Shown: positions 10,279 through 18,747 of the stretch, in pieces | Numbering within the stretch: the first letter of the stretch is position 1 | How the letters are laid out: each line of letters begins with the position of its first letter | Translations under genes and position numbers: made by a program | DNA from: an uncultured Woeseiaceae bacterium | GTDB taxonomy: Bacteria; Pseudomonadota; Gammaproteobacteria; Steroidobacterales; Woeseiaceae | DNA: 46,376 bases | NCBI GenBank assembly: GCA_947259145.1 | Contig: CAMYLB010000133.1 | Span: forward strand, 1-46,376 | Reading direction: 5' to 3' | Notes under the pieces: model-generated | Seen by the model: the letters and a program-made list of their open reading frames with translations, nothing else | Database searches by the model: none | Told to the model about the DNA's origin: nothing

Positions 10279-11037
10279 CTAGAGCAAGACCTCTGAGCAG
10301 ATCTTGCGCACATCGTGAGCTTGCCCAAGCTGCTCCAGGGTTAAGTAAAGTGTTATCAGGTAGAAACCCACCCAGACGAAATCGCTGTGCAATTTGTAGT
10401 CGTTGGCAACGAAGAATTCGAAAAGATCGTCGAACGAGGATTTGAACGCGTCGATCGAGAACTGCTGGGCCCGCTGGTCTATGCCAAAATGGGCGTGCAG
10501 GAGTTCTTTGAGTTCGGAGGCGGCTGCCTTCGAGAGTCCGGGGCGCAGCATTCCCATTTGCCGGAGAGCATCGTCGAAGGCGGCCTCGTCGGTACTGTAG
10601 AAGGATCTGTAGAGGGCGAGAATACCGTCGCGAAATTCCGGGCGCAGCTTGATCCAGAGGCCATTCGGCTTGTAACAGAGCGCGTTATCTTTTTTGCCGA
10701 ACCGTGCCATCCTGAGATCCAGAAAAAGCCCGTCATCGACCAGCCACTGTTCGAAATAGAACCGCAGTATCTGGTCCCCAAAACGCTGCAGGCGTTTGCG
10801 GCCCGTGATATCGGCGAGCAGCTCCGCGTCATCCAGATCGTCGCAAAACCCAATGGCCGTCGTATTTTGCATAGAGGACTGCGTGAGCTTGCCAACACCC
10901 TGGCCTGTTGCGTAGCGCCAGCTAACTGAACGCATCGAACCGAGCAGTGGTTTCCACTCGATGGCGTCCCAGCCGCGCAGCGGCACGAAGCGCGCCAGCT
11001 GGCGCAGCTCTTCGGGAATGAAACCAGGTAACTTCAA
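10279..11037 (-). CDS. Hypothetical protein (no recognisable motif)
   Basis: 252-aa ORF, 18 nt downstream of and co-directional with the BNR lipoprotein gene. Composition looks coding. I cannot assign a family. Confidence 0.6.
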   Translation of the reverse strand: MKLPGFIPEELRQLARFVPLRGWDAIEWKPLLGSMRSVSWRYATGQGVGKLTQSSMQNTTAIGFCDDLDDAELLADITGRKRLQRFGDQILRFYFEQWLVDDGLFLDLRMARFGKKDNALCYKPNGLWIKLRPEFRDGILALYRSFYSTDEAAFDDALRQMGMLRPGLSKAAASELKELLHAHFGIDQRAQQFSIDAFKSSFDDLFEFFVANDYKLHSDFVWVGFYLITLYLTLEQLGQAHDVRKICSEVLL

Positions 11038-11055
11038 GAATAATCCTTGTCACTG

Positions 11056-12309
11056 TCAGCGATCGTGAAAGCCGAGTATCGGGACCTTGATCGAGACAAT
11101 CTCGGGATCGTCCATGATTTCGTCGGTCCACGCGAGAATCAGCATATCGTCACTGCGGATCATTTGCGGGTAGAGGCGTATCAAATCCGTGCGGCCAACC
11201 GTTTGCGCAGGTCCGAGCGTTCCTCCGGTCGTCAAACTACGGATATTAATGGCGTTGGTGCCGCGGTTATCAGACTCCACCCAGCTGACAGCAACCGAGG
11301 CGCGGTCAATGATCGCGATGCCGACATGGCCGGATGAACCATCAGATGCGATTTCGACCGGCGCTTTGAAGCTCTTGCCGCCGTTGGTCGACAGCGCGGC
11401 TCTGACGACCGGGTTGCCGTTGGCTGCCGAGAACCAGGCGATAGCCACGAGATCGCCCTGTGCGTCGATCGCGGGGCCGTTCACCGGGCAACCCGCGATC
11501 TCCCAGCCGTCATCGGCGATCGGCGTGCCAGGCTCCCACGCGCCGTTGGCGAATCGCGACACGTAGATATCGCGAATTTCGTTCACGGTACGGTCTCTGT
11601 AGACCGCGATCGGCCCATCGGAGGAGACAGCGACGCCTGTCTGGCAACAGTCGCAGACGATCTCATCGACCAGCTGCTCGTTGCGCACTTCTCCGTCGGG
11701 GCCGACGAGCGCCGAACGCAGCGTCATGCTTGTGACCCCGGGGTCGTCGGTTGCCTCGTTGACCGTCTTGCGCCCGTCCAGCCACAGGAGAGCCGCGGAC
11801 TCGCTCTGTGCATGAATAGAAACGAAACCATGCTCGGTGGGCGTACCATCGCTATGCGGGCGCACAGGATCACTCCAGCTCTTGCCCTCGTCCGAGGACT
11901 GCGCGAGCAAAATGTCGTAGGCGTAGGTCGAGTCAGCGCTTTTGCTTAGCCAGTGCGCCACCCAGTGTGTTTCGTCCAGCGGTGTGACGGAGGGCAGGTC
12001 GGCCCAGTTAACAAACATCTTCGGGTCCGAGGCGACTTTGACCGCTGCCTGCCATTTATCCGATTTTAACGTCGAGAAACGCAGCGTCGCGCCGCTTTCC
12101 CCGCGCTGCATCCAGCTGAGAACAATGTTGCCGTCAGGGCCTGTAGCAAAGCGTGGGCCAACGACGCCGGTGCCGGCCGGAACGGGCAGCGGCGACGGCT
12201 CGCCGAATGCAGGAGGCTCCGCCTGGGTGCACGCGATGACACCGAAGGTGACCAGGAGGAGGGTGGTGAACGTGGACAGGCAGCGCATACGGACCATTAT
12301 GCACATCAA
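11056..12309 (-). CDS. BNR/sialidase-fold (exo-alpha-sialidase-like) lipoprotein
   Basis: Signal peptide with lipobox (LLLVTFGVIAC), Asp-box-like SSDEGKSWS and STNGGKSF, plus cysteine motifs VCDCCQTG and AGCPVNGP. The start could also be Met at 12288. Confidence 0.7.
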   Translation of the reverse strand: MMCIMVRMRCLSTFTTLLLVTFGVIACTQAEPPAFGEPSPLPVPAGTGVVGPRFATGPDGNIVLSWMQRGESGATLRFSTLKSDKWQAAVKVASDPKMFVNWADLPSVTPLDETHWVAHWLSKSADSTYAYDILLAQSSDEGKSWSDPVRPHSDGTPTEHGFVSIHAQSESAALLWLDGRKTVNEATDDPGVTSMTLRSALVGPDGEVRNEQLVDEIVCDCCQTGVAVSSDGPIAVYRDRTVNEIRDIYVSRFANGAWEPGTPIADDGWEIAGCPVNGPAIDAQGDLVAIAWFSAANGNPVVRAALSTNGGKSFKAPVEIASDGSSGHVGIAIIDRASVAVSWVESDNRGTNAINIRSLTTGGTLGPAQTVGRTDLIRLYPQMIRSDDMLILAWTDEIMDDPEIVSIKVPILGFHDR

Positions 12310-12310
12310 A

Positions 12311-12338
12311 TTGATTCTGGGTCAGGGCGATGTATACT
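12311..12338 (+). promoter_or_regulatory. Sigma-70-like promoter for tRNA-Cys/tRNA-Leu
   Basis: TTGATT (12311-12316), a 16-nt spacer, TATACT (12333-12338), then a GC-rich discriminator. The first tRNA begins at 12391. Confidence 0.5.
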
Positions 12339-12390
12339 CCGACGCCAGCTCCGTGGAGCGGCGCCTGCCGCCGTTTCAAAGGACTGCCGA

Positions 12391-12461
12391 GGCTAGGTGG
12401 CAGAGTGGTTATGCAGCGGACTGCAACTCCGTGTACGCCGGTTCGATTCCGACCCTAGCCT
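12391..12461 (+). tRNA. tRNA-Cys (anticodon GCA)
   Basis: Acceptor GGCTAGG/CCTAGCC, anticodon loop CTGCAAC, T-loop TTCGATT. There is one C-A mismatch in the T-stem (12438/12452). CCA is not encoded. Confidence 0.8.
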
Positions 12462-12475
12462 TTTCAGAAGGCCAT

Positions 12476-12562
12476 GCCCGGGTGGCGGAATTGGTAGACG
12501 CTGCGGACTTAAAATCCGCTGAACGAAAGTTCGTGCCGGTTCGAGTCCGGCCCTGGGCACCA
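12476..12562 (+). tRNA. tRNA-Leu (anticodon UAA), long variable arm
   Basis: Acceptor GCCCGGG/CCTGGGC, anticodon loop CTTAAAA, long extra arm, T-loop GGTTCGAGTCC, encoded CCA. Very similar to E. coli leuZ by eye. Confidence 0.92.
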
Positions 12563-12589
12563 AGACTGCGGCCAAAGGCCGCTGTCTTG
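12561..12589 (+). terminator. Hairpin immediately after tRNA-Leu
   Basis: CAAGACTGCGGCC-AAA-GGCCGCTGTCTTG, a 13-bp stem with one mismatch. There is no clear U-tract. Confidence 0.35.
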
Positions 12590-12727
12590 CGCCGGGCAGA
12601 CTCGCCGTTATGGTGGCCCAAGAAGCCCAGCGGCTTCCCCGAAACCGACGCCCAGCTCCCTGCATTCCGGCTACCGAAATATTTTGCTGGCTGACCGTTA
12701 CTGAGACAGCTGCTGCTCGATTAACTG

Positions 12728-12750
12728 GGTTCGAGTCCGGCCCTGGGCAC
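12728..12750 (+). repeat. Direct repeat of the 3-prime 23 nt of tRNA-Leu (att-like)
   Basis: GGTTCGAGTCCGGCCCTGGGCAC at 12728-12750 is identical to 12538-12560 inside tRNA-Leu. It is followed by an AT-rich stretch (TAATAAAAACAGCATGTTACATATACA). Confidence 0.85.
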
Positions 12751-12823
12751 TAATAAAAACAGCATGTTACATATACATCCTCGAAATAAGATGATCATCG
12801 GCGTGGATCTCATGCCAGCATGA

Positions 12824-13235
12824 TCAGGCGGCCCGCCTGTTCCAGAATTTCCACGACAGTTGCAGCTTTGATGCTACCCCGATGATCAGTACGCCATGCA
12901 CGAACCAGGGTACGTCTCCCCAGATAATCACGACGGGCAGCAGGAAGAAGAACACCGCCATCGCGAACCGCCCGAAACGCAGATGCGGAATGCCGTAACG
13001 CCGGTGCCGTAAACGTACATTCATCATGTAGATCTTAAGCACGACAAAGATCGGGACGCACGGCAGCCAGTACTTCGACACGAAGCCGGGAATCAGCATC
13101 CAGAACCACAGCAGCGTACACGCCGAACACCCGCCACCTCAGGTTGTACCAGGCGAGGAGGGTGATGGGGGCGACGCTGAAGATGCGTGACCAGGTGAGC
13201 GAGTCGGCGATCGTCCCGGCGATATTCTTGTTCAT
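12824..13235 (-). pseudogene. Small polytopic membrane protein, frameshifted near 13100
   Basis: The N-terminal piece (MNKNIAGTIADSLTWSRIFSVAPITLLAWYNLRW...) and C-terminal piece (WFWMLIPGFVSKYWLPCVPIFVV...) lie in adjacent frames. The total of 412 nt is not a multiple of 3. Confidence 0.45.
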
Positions 13236-13329
13236 TATCCGTCTGAGGTGACTTTTCAGGCTGTCCAAGATACATCACGCGCTAGTGCCTTTACGTATAG
13301 ACCGGTGTGCACGGCCTAATGTTGAATAG

Positions 13330-13388
13330 AAACCGGGGTCGGACCGAGGTTTTCGAGATTCTCAGAAACCTCGGTCTGACCCCGGTTT
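13330..13388. repeat. Long near-perfect inverted repeat (23-bp stem, 13-nt loop)
   Basis: AAACCGGGGTCGGACCGAGGTTT ... AAACCTCGGTCTGACCCCGGTTT with a single G-U position. On the + strand the stem runs into TTTTT. It lies between two divergent gene starts. Confidence 0.8.
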
Positions 13389-13413
13389 TTGAGTCCAACC
13401 GATCGAGGGAAGA

Positions 13414-13788
13414 ATGCACGCTGAAAAGAAACGCCTGGCCCGTGAACGGTTAACCATGAGTAAAATGGTCGGGATGTATTGCTCCGCTCGGCATGACGGT
13501 TCCGCGGATATCCTGTGTGAATCCTGTCAGGAGTTTCTGGACTATGCCGAGATACGGCTGGAAAAGTGCCCGTATGGCGAAGACAAGCCGACCTGCGCCA
13601 ACTGTCCTATTCATTGCTACAAGCCTGCTCGAAAGGCGCAGGCCAGTCAGATCATGCGATATGCCGGGCCCCGGATGCTGCTTCGCCATCCGCTACTCGC
13701 GATTGCTCACCAGCTTGATAGTTTCCGAAAGGCCAGGCACCCACGATCATTGACGCGAGAGGAGAGAATGCGTTCGCGAAAGGACTGA
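13414..13788 (+). CDS. ygbA: Nitrous oxide-stimulated promoter family protein (YgbA-like, Cys-rich)
   Basis: MYCSARH...CESCQEFLDYAEIRLEKCPYGEDKPTCANCPIHCYKPA...IMRYAGPRMLLRHP aligns by eye to E. coli YgbA. Confidence 0.75.
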   Translation: MHAEKKRLARERLTMSKMVGMYCSARHDGSADILCESCQEFLDYAEIRLEKCPYGEDKPTCANCPIHCYKPARKAQASQIMRYAGPRMLLRHPLLAIAHQLDSFRKARHPRSLTREERMRSRKD

Positions 13789-13824
13789 AGAGTTCGCTGT
13801 TGCCCGGATCAGAATCCCTTAGCT

Positions 13825-15309
13825 CTAGCTTGCTGCGACCGTGCGATTGCGGCCCTCGTTCTTGGCTCGATAAAGTGCCTCGTCCGCCACCCGGATCAAC
13901 GCGGTTTCGTCATCAGCAGGTGTCGCAGGGAAACTCCCGAATCCCAGGCTGACCGTACAACTGATTGTTTGATCACGATCCTGCACCACCAGCGCCTCGA
14001 CGGCTTTGCGTATTCGTTCACAGACTTCTGCGGTACCCTCGATTGTCGCACCAGGCAATATGACCAGGAATTCCTCCCCGCCATAGCGAACGAGCACATC
14101 ACCCTCGCGCAGAACCTGTTTGGCCTCCTTCGCAACATTCGCGAGAACCCGATCACCGATGAGGTGCCCGTGCGTGTCATTGACCAGCTTGAAGTGATCA
14201 ATATCGAACATGATGAGGCCTAAAGGAGAGTCGCTTCGCGTCGCCCGCGTATACTCCTCGCGCAGTCGCGTAAGGCCAAAGCGTCGATTGTAACAATCCG
14301 TCAGCGGATCAAGCGCTGCGATACGCTGCAGATTACCGTGCGTCATCGCATTCGATAGCGCCATAACGAAAGTCCTGGCAAAAATCTGCGACAGCGAACG
14401 CGAGTCTCTTTCGAAAGCCGTCGACCCGGCCAATACAACAACGCCAGTCGCCGTTGAATGGACGATCAGAGGCATAAAAGCGACCTCCCGCGGCTGAAAC
14501 TCAACTAACCCGGCGTTCACGGAGACCCCCTCGGGCAGCTCGACATAAATGGATTCCTGGGTACGAAGCGCCAGCCGCACGTGGTCATTCTCAGTTAAGC
14601 TTTCGGCTCCCACGATTCCGAAGCTGGCCAGCACGGAGAGTTCCCCGCCGACATCGGCAACGATGGCTCCGGCACTGGCTTTCGTTGCTGCGATAAAACC
14701 GCTAAGCGCGCCATTGCATAAAGGACTGAGCTCCAGCTGGCTAGTCATAGTCTTGCTAAACTCGCCGACTCTCTCCTCAACTTGATGGCTGTGCTGCAGG
14801 ACGCGCATTAAATGATTGAACGCAGCAGCGGACTCGCCGATAACATCGTTACTGTCGACCGGTAGTTGGCAACTCTCCGGATCGCAGTCCGTCCAGTCGC
14901 CCGTGTAGGTTGCCTGTTCAACAACCGACTCGATCATTCGCATGCCGTCGACGAGTGCGCGTAATCTCGGCATGACTACTACGCGCATCAAGCGAATATT
15001 GATACCGCCGACGAGTATGCCCGCAAGTAGACATACGCCAAAAAAGAATGGGGTAAGGACAATTTCCCGCGGCACACCAAAGCCAACCAACATAGGCGGA
15101 AATACCGCGCCAATAATGATCCCAACGCCAATCATCCAGATCGAGAGATCGTCAAAAACACTTCGCGTCAATCGCAGGGGGAGTTTTTGATTGTACCCAG
15201 GAGTCTTTTCAGAGGCCGGGACGAATCGCTCATCCTGCGTTGCGATCTCAGGATAAGCAGCGGGCTGTCCGGGGCGATTGCTTGCGAAAGCAGGCTCAGG
15301 CTCAATCAT
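13825..15309 (-). CDS. Membrane-anchored diguanylate cyclase (TM - linker - GAF-like - GGDEF)
   Basis: C-terminal GGDEF domain (DIDHFKLVNDTHGHLIGD, RYGGEEFLVILPG, ADEALYRAKNEGRNR). Two N-terminal hydrophobic segments and a GAF-like middle region. Confidence 0.88.
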   Translation of the reverse strand: MIEPEPAFASNRPGQPAAYPEIATQDERFVPASEKTPGYNQKLPLRLTRSVFDDLSIWMIGVGIIIGAVFPPMLVGFGVPREIVLTPFFFGVCLLAGILVGGINIRLMRVVVMPRLRALVDGMRMIESVVEQATYTGDWTDCDPESCQLPVDSNDVIGESAAAFNHLMRVLQHSHQVEERVGEFSKTMTSQLELSPLCNGALSGFIAATKASAGAIVADVGGELSVLASFGIVGAESLTENDHVRLALRTQESIYVELPEGVSVNAGLVEFQPREVAFMPLIVHSTATGVVVLAGSTAFERDSRSLSQIFARTFVMALSNAMTHGNLQRIAALDPLTDCYNRRFGLTRLREEYTRATRSDSPLGLIMFDIDHFKLVNDTHGHLIGDRVLANVAKEAKQVLREGDVLVRYGGEEFLVILPGATIEGTAEVCERIRKAVEALVVQDRDQTISCTVSLGFGSFPATPADDETALIRVADEALYRAKNEGRNRTVAAS

Positions 15310-15650
15310 TGGCTAAAATCCTCATGCAGAAAGCCCAGTTTCTGGGCTGCGATTTAGACGGTCACGTTCTTGCACAGCGTCCACCAACTATCCCTTTCGT
15401 CGATCGAATTTCGGTCAGGGCACGATTGCACATAATTACGATGGAATCGTGGACCTGATCGACATTTTGAATGGAAAGACTCTGCCACCACTCGCTCGAG
15501 CGGCTGCTTTCCGGAATAGCGGTCGTTCGAGCTTCGCGTAAGCTTCTGATCCGGCCTGCCGCGGACATTCATCAGAGCACCCTCACATAAAGCGCAGGTT
15601 TCGGCGAGCGGTGTATCCTAGGCTGTACTTTCTCGCCAGGGGAGGTTGCC

Positions 15651-17768
15651 ATGAACCGATCAAGTCATCGATTAGCGCCGTCTATTCTACTGATTTCCCT
15701 GACCCTGCTGCTTGCGAGCGCTTGCGCGTCGAATTCCAAGAAGGCACCGGCTGACGATCTGCGCACGCTCCCGGGGCACTTTGCCGAGGAGCTGGTCACC
15801 CAACCTATAAGTGCCGTAGAGGCGTTCATCGGGCCTACCGAGTTCTACATCAGTTACAAAAGCGAAGATGGTCTCGTTCACTCCGGCGGCAATTGGTCGA
15901 ACAAGATTGACCTTACAGCCGTCGGGCAGGGCTCAGAGAATGAGTATGCGGGACCGTACATTCTGCCCCTCGAATACCAGCAGCGAGCACGCTGGGCCGA
16001 CGTGCCGGAGGCACCGATCGTGCCGCGCATCCTTGGCAGCAAGTACTGGAATCGTTTCATCGACACGGTTTTCGAATCCGTGCTGCCGAAAGCGGCCACG
16101 AAAGCGGCCATGACCGGCATCGTCATGCATTTTGGCGAGGATGATTATTTTCTGTATTACAACGACATCAATAATTTTGAAGCGCGGCTGATAACCGAAA
16201 AGCCTGAGAACTACGTTGTCGCCGAGACCATCGACTTCTCTGAGTTCAATCGTCGCGCGCAACCTTTGATGGACGAGTTTCTGAAACAGGAGGGCATTGA
16301 AGAGCGGCGCCTGGTATTCAGTACGGGCGATGCAGGGGCGTATTCGCTGCCATTCGTTTATGTCGACAGGGATATTCCGCTAGGCATATTTGTGCGTTAT
16401 TCGCCTGCCCCGAGAGAAGGACCCGCGGCCAGCAGGGGTTCGCAAGTCGCGCAGTCTGCCGGTCATCTGGCGCAAAGCCATTTGGGAGGGCTGTTTTCAC
16501 GCCCCGTGTCATCCGTGTTTCGCCTGCTTTTCGTTGCCAAGGATGCGGCGGTCGAGACCGTGCGACCGAGCTGGCTGGTCACGCTGGAATCGCAGCCAAT
16601 ACCCGAATTAAACGATGGGCCGGGTATGGATCTCGATGACTGGGAGTTGCAGCTCGACCAGCTCACCGGGCACAGCGCTACCCGCGGGACGATTGACTAC
16701 CTGGTCGATGGGGAGGAGTTTTTTGTGCGTTTCATTGATGCCATTTCGACAGCACTAAAGTCGGTCGATATTCGAACCTATATTTTCGACAACGATGACT
16801 TCGCCGAGAAGATAGGTCGGCTACTGCGACGACGCGCGGACGAAGGCGTCGATATCCGTGTGCTGCTGGATGGTCTCGGCACCATTGTAGCGACCGGCGC
16901 AGATGACGCGAGTTTGCCAGAACACTATGAAGGACCCGAGTCTGTGCGGCGCTTCCTTGAAAACGACTCGAGCATAGCCGTGCGCCAGTCCCGGAACCCG
17001 TGGCTGGTCGCCGGTGATCATGTCAAAACGACCATTATCGACGGACAGGTGGCGTTCGCAGGAGGCATGAATATTGGCCGGGAATACCGCTTCGTCTGGC
17101 ACGACCTGATGATGGAGCTTAGAGGCCCGATCGTCGACGAACTCAATAACGAATTCAACAAAGCCTGGGCGCACGCCGGGATGTTGGGTGATGCCGGATA
17201 CGTTCTGCAGAGATTGAAGCCCAACCCCAGAAACGCAGAAGACCTCGGCCATCCAGTGCGTGCGCTGCATACGCGGCCCGGTGTCGCTGAAATATTCAAC
17301 GCGCAACGCGCGGCGATACGCAATGCCCGAAAATACATTTACATTCAGAATGCCTACCTGACAGATGACGCGATGCTCTATGAACTCGCAAAAGCACGTC
17401 GGCGCGGCGTCGATGTGCGCGTGATATTGCCGCTCGTCGGCAACCATGGACCCATCAACAAGAGCAACGCTCTGGCTGCGAACGCGATGCTTGAGCACGG
17501 CATTCGCGTGTTCGTTTATCCCGGTATGTCACATGTGAAAGCGGCCGTATTCGATGGCTGGGCCTGCCTCGGATCGGCCAACTGGGACAAGCTGAGTTTT
17601 CGCACCAACAAAGAACTCAACATAGCAACCTCGCACCCGCAATACGTCGAGAAACTCTTCGAGCGCGTTTTTGATCCGGACTTTGAAAAATCGGTCGAGC
17701 TGACCGAACCCTTTCCGGAGCGATGGTCCGACCACCTCGTCGAAGCTGTCGCCGACTACCTGCTTTAG
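15651..17768 (+). CDS. Phospholipase D / cardiolipin synthase-family lipoprotein with a large uncharacterised N-terminal domain
   Basis: Lipobox LLLASAC. Two HKD motifs (HVKTTIIDG...GGMNIG and HVKAAVFDG...GSANWD) lie in the C-terminal ~360 aa. The first ~340 aa have no motif I recognise. GGAGG RBS. Confidence 0.85.
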   Translation: MNRSSHRLAPSILLISLTLLLASACASNSKKAPADDLRTLPGHFAEELVTQPISAVEAFIGPTEFYISYKSEDGLVHSGGNWSNKIDLTAVGQGSENEYAGPYILPLEYQQRARWADVPEAPIVPRILGSKYWNRFIDTVFESVLPKAATKAAMTGIVMHFGEDDYFLYYNDINNFEARLITEKPENYVVAETIDFSEFNRRAQPLMDEFLKQEGIEERRLVFSTGDAGAYSLPFVYVDRDIPLGIFVRYSPAPREGPAASRGSQVAQSAGHLAQSHLGGLFSRPVSSVFRLLFVAKDAAVETVRPSWLVTLESQPIPELNDGPGMDLDDWELQLDQLTGHSATRGTIDYLVDGEEFFVRFIDAISTALKSVDIRTYIFDNDDFAEKIGRLLRRRADEGVDIRVLLDGLGTIVATGADDASLPEHYEGPESVRRFLENDSSIAVRQSRNPWLVAGDHVKTTIIDGQVAFAGGMNIGREYRFVWHDLMMELRGPIVDELNNEFNKAWAHAGMLGDAGYVLQRLKPNPRNAEDLGHPVRALHTRPGVAEIFNAQRAAIRNARKYIYIQNAYLTDDAMLYELAKARRRGVDVRVILPLVGNHGPINKSNALAANAMLEHGIRVFVYPGMSHVKAAVFDGWACLGSANWDKLSFRTNKELNIATSHPQYVEKLFERVFDPDFEKSVELTEPFPERWSDHLVEAVADYLL

Positions 17769-17884
17769 TACCCAGTTCACAGTCAAAACCCCGACTGGTT
17801 AACAGTTCTGCACATAAATACCTTAATTGCTGGCCTGGGCGGCCGTCAGATGTCAAAAAAGGCCTTCAAGGATGGAGAGCTGTT

Positions 17885-18109
17885 ATGGCCTCAATTGCAA
17901 AAGACAACATTAGCTACCGCTTGCTCGACAAGCTGAGTAACCTCGTAATCTGCAGTCGCTGCCTGCGTGGCGGGATAGTCACACCGGTGCCACAGATCAT
18001 ATCCGGTCGGCATTCGCTGACCAACCAGTGTGCGCAGTGCCGGGCGAAGAATCCTGATCGGCTCGGCCGCCGCCGTAAAATAGCGAAGCTTCTAACGCTG
18101 CACGACTAG
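17885..18109 (+). CDS. Possible small zinc-ribbon protein (74 aa)
   Basis: ATG preceded by GGAGAG 5 nt upstream. Two CxxC pairs (CSRC ... CAQC) about 27 residues apart. There is no family assignment. Confidence 0.35.
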   Translation: MASIAKDNISYRLLDKLSNLVICSRCLRGGIVTPVPQIISGRHSLTNQCAQCRAKNPDRLGRRRKIAKLLTLHD

Positions 18110-18162
18110 CCCTGCTCGATCCTCGTGCATCGCGTCTGAAGCGATGCCACAATACGCGGGCG

Positions 18163-18741
18163 ATGGCCAAATTTTATTTCTATTACTCCTCGATGAATGC
18201 GGGCAAGTCGACCTCGCTGCTGCAGTCCAGCTACAACTACAAAGAGCGTGGCATGAACACGCTGGTCATGGCGCCCAAGCTTGACGACAGGTTCGGCGTT
18301 GGCAAAGTCACCTCGCGTATCGGCATTGAATCGGAAGCGACCACCTTTCGAAATGACACAAACTTGTTCGATGTCATTGCCGCGAGTAACGCAGAGGAAC
18401 CGCTGCACTGCGTGCTTATTGACGAGGCGCAGTTTCTGACGCGCGACCAGGTATTTCAGCTCACCGATGTGACCGATACATTGAATATACCGGTGCTGGC
18501 TTATGGACTACGGACGGACTTTCAGGGGGAGCCCTTCGAGGGCAGCAAATACCTGCTGGCCTGGGCCGACACGCTCAAGGAGCTCAAGGCGATCTGCCAT
18601 TGCGGTACCAAAGCGATCATGGTTGTGCGCCTGGACGCTGAAGGCAATGCAGTCACCGAAGGCTCACAGGTCGAGATCGGGGGCAACGACCGTTACATCT
18701 CGATGTGCCGCAAGCACTTCAAGGAAGCGTTTTTCGGCTAG
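18163..18741 (+). CDS. tdk: Thymidine kinase
   Basis: P-loop [15 protein letters not shown], and zinc ribbon CHCG...MCRKHF. 192 aa. Confidence 0.93.
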   Translation: MAKFYFYYSSMNAGKSTSLLQSSYNYKERGMNTLVMAPKLDDRFGVGKVTSRIGIESEATTFRNDTNLFDVIAASNAEEPLHCVLIDEAQFLTRDQVFQLTDVTDTLNIPVLAYGLRTDFQGEPFEGSKYLLAWADTLKELKAICHCGTKAIMVVRLDAEGNAVTEGSQVEIGGNDRYISMCRKHFKEAFFG

Positions 18742-18747
18742 TTCAGA

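Noticed and set aside
12393-12665. Minus-strand ORFs (90 and 70 aa), and the plus-strand ORF 11942-12694
   Set aside because: They run across tRNA-Cys and tRNA-Leu. GLEPAR- and GIEPA-type peptides are the usual antisense translation of tRNA genes.
15354-15572. Two overlapping 68-72-aa minus-strand ORFs in the GGDEF/PLD intergenic region
   Set aside because: They have no RBS, no motifs and overlap each other. This is more likely promoter or leader DNA. The small hairpin GCCCAG-TTTC-CTGGGC at 15333-15347 is noted but is too weak to call.
17860-18110. Possible minus-strand gene remnant (fragments such as [11 protein letters not shown]... and [13 protein letters not shown]...)
   Set aside because: The fragments are short, lie in different frames and are not recognisable. 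I could not support a pseudogene call.
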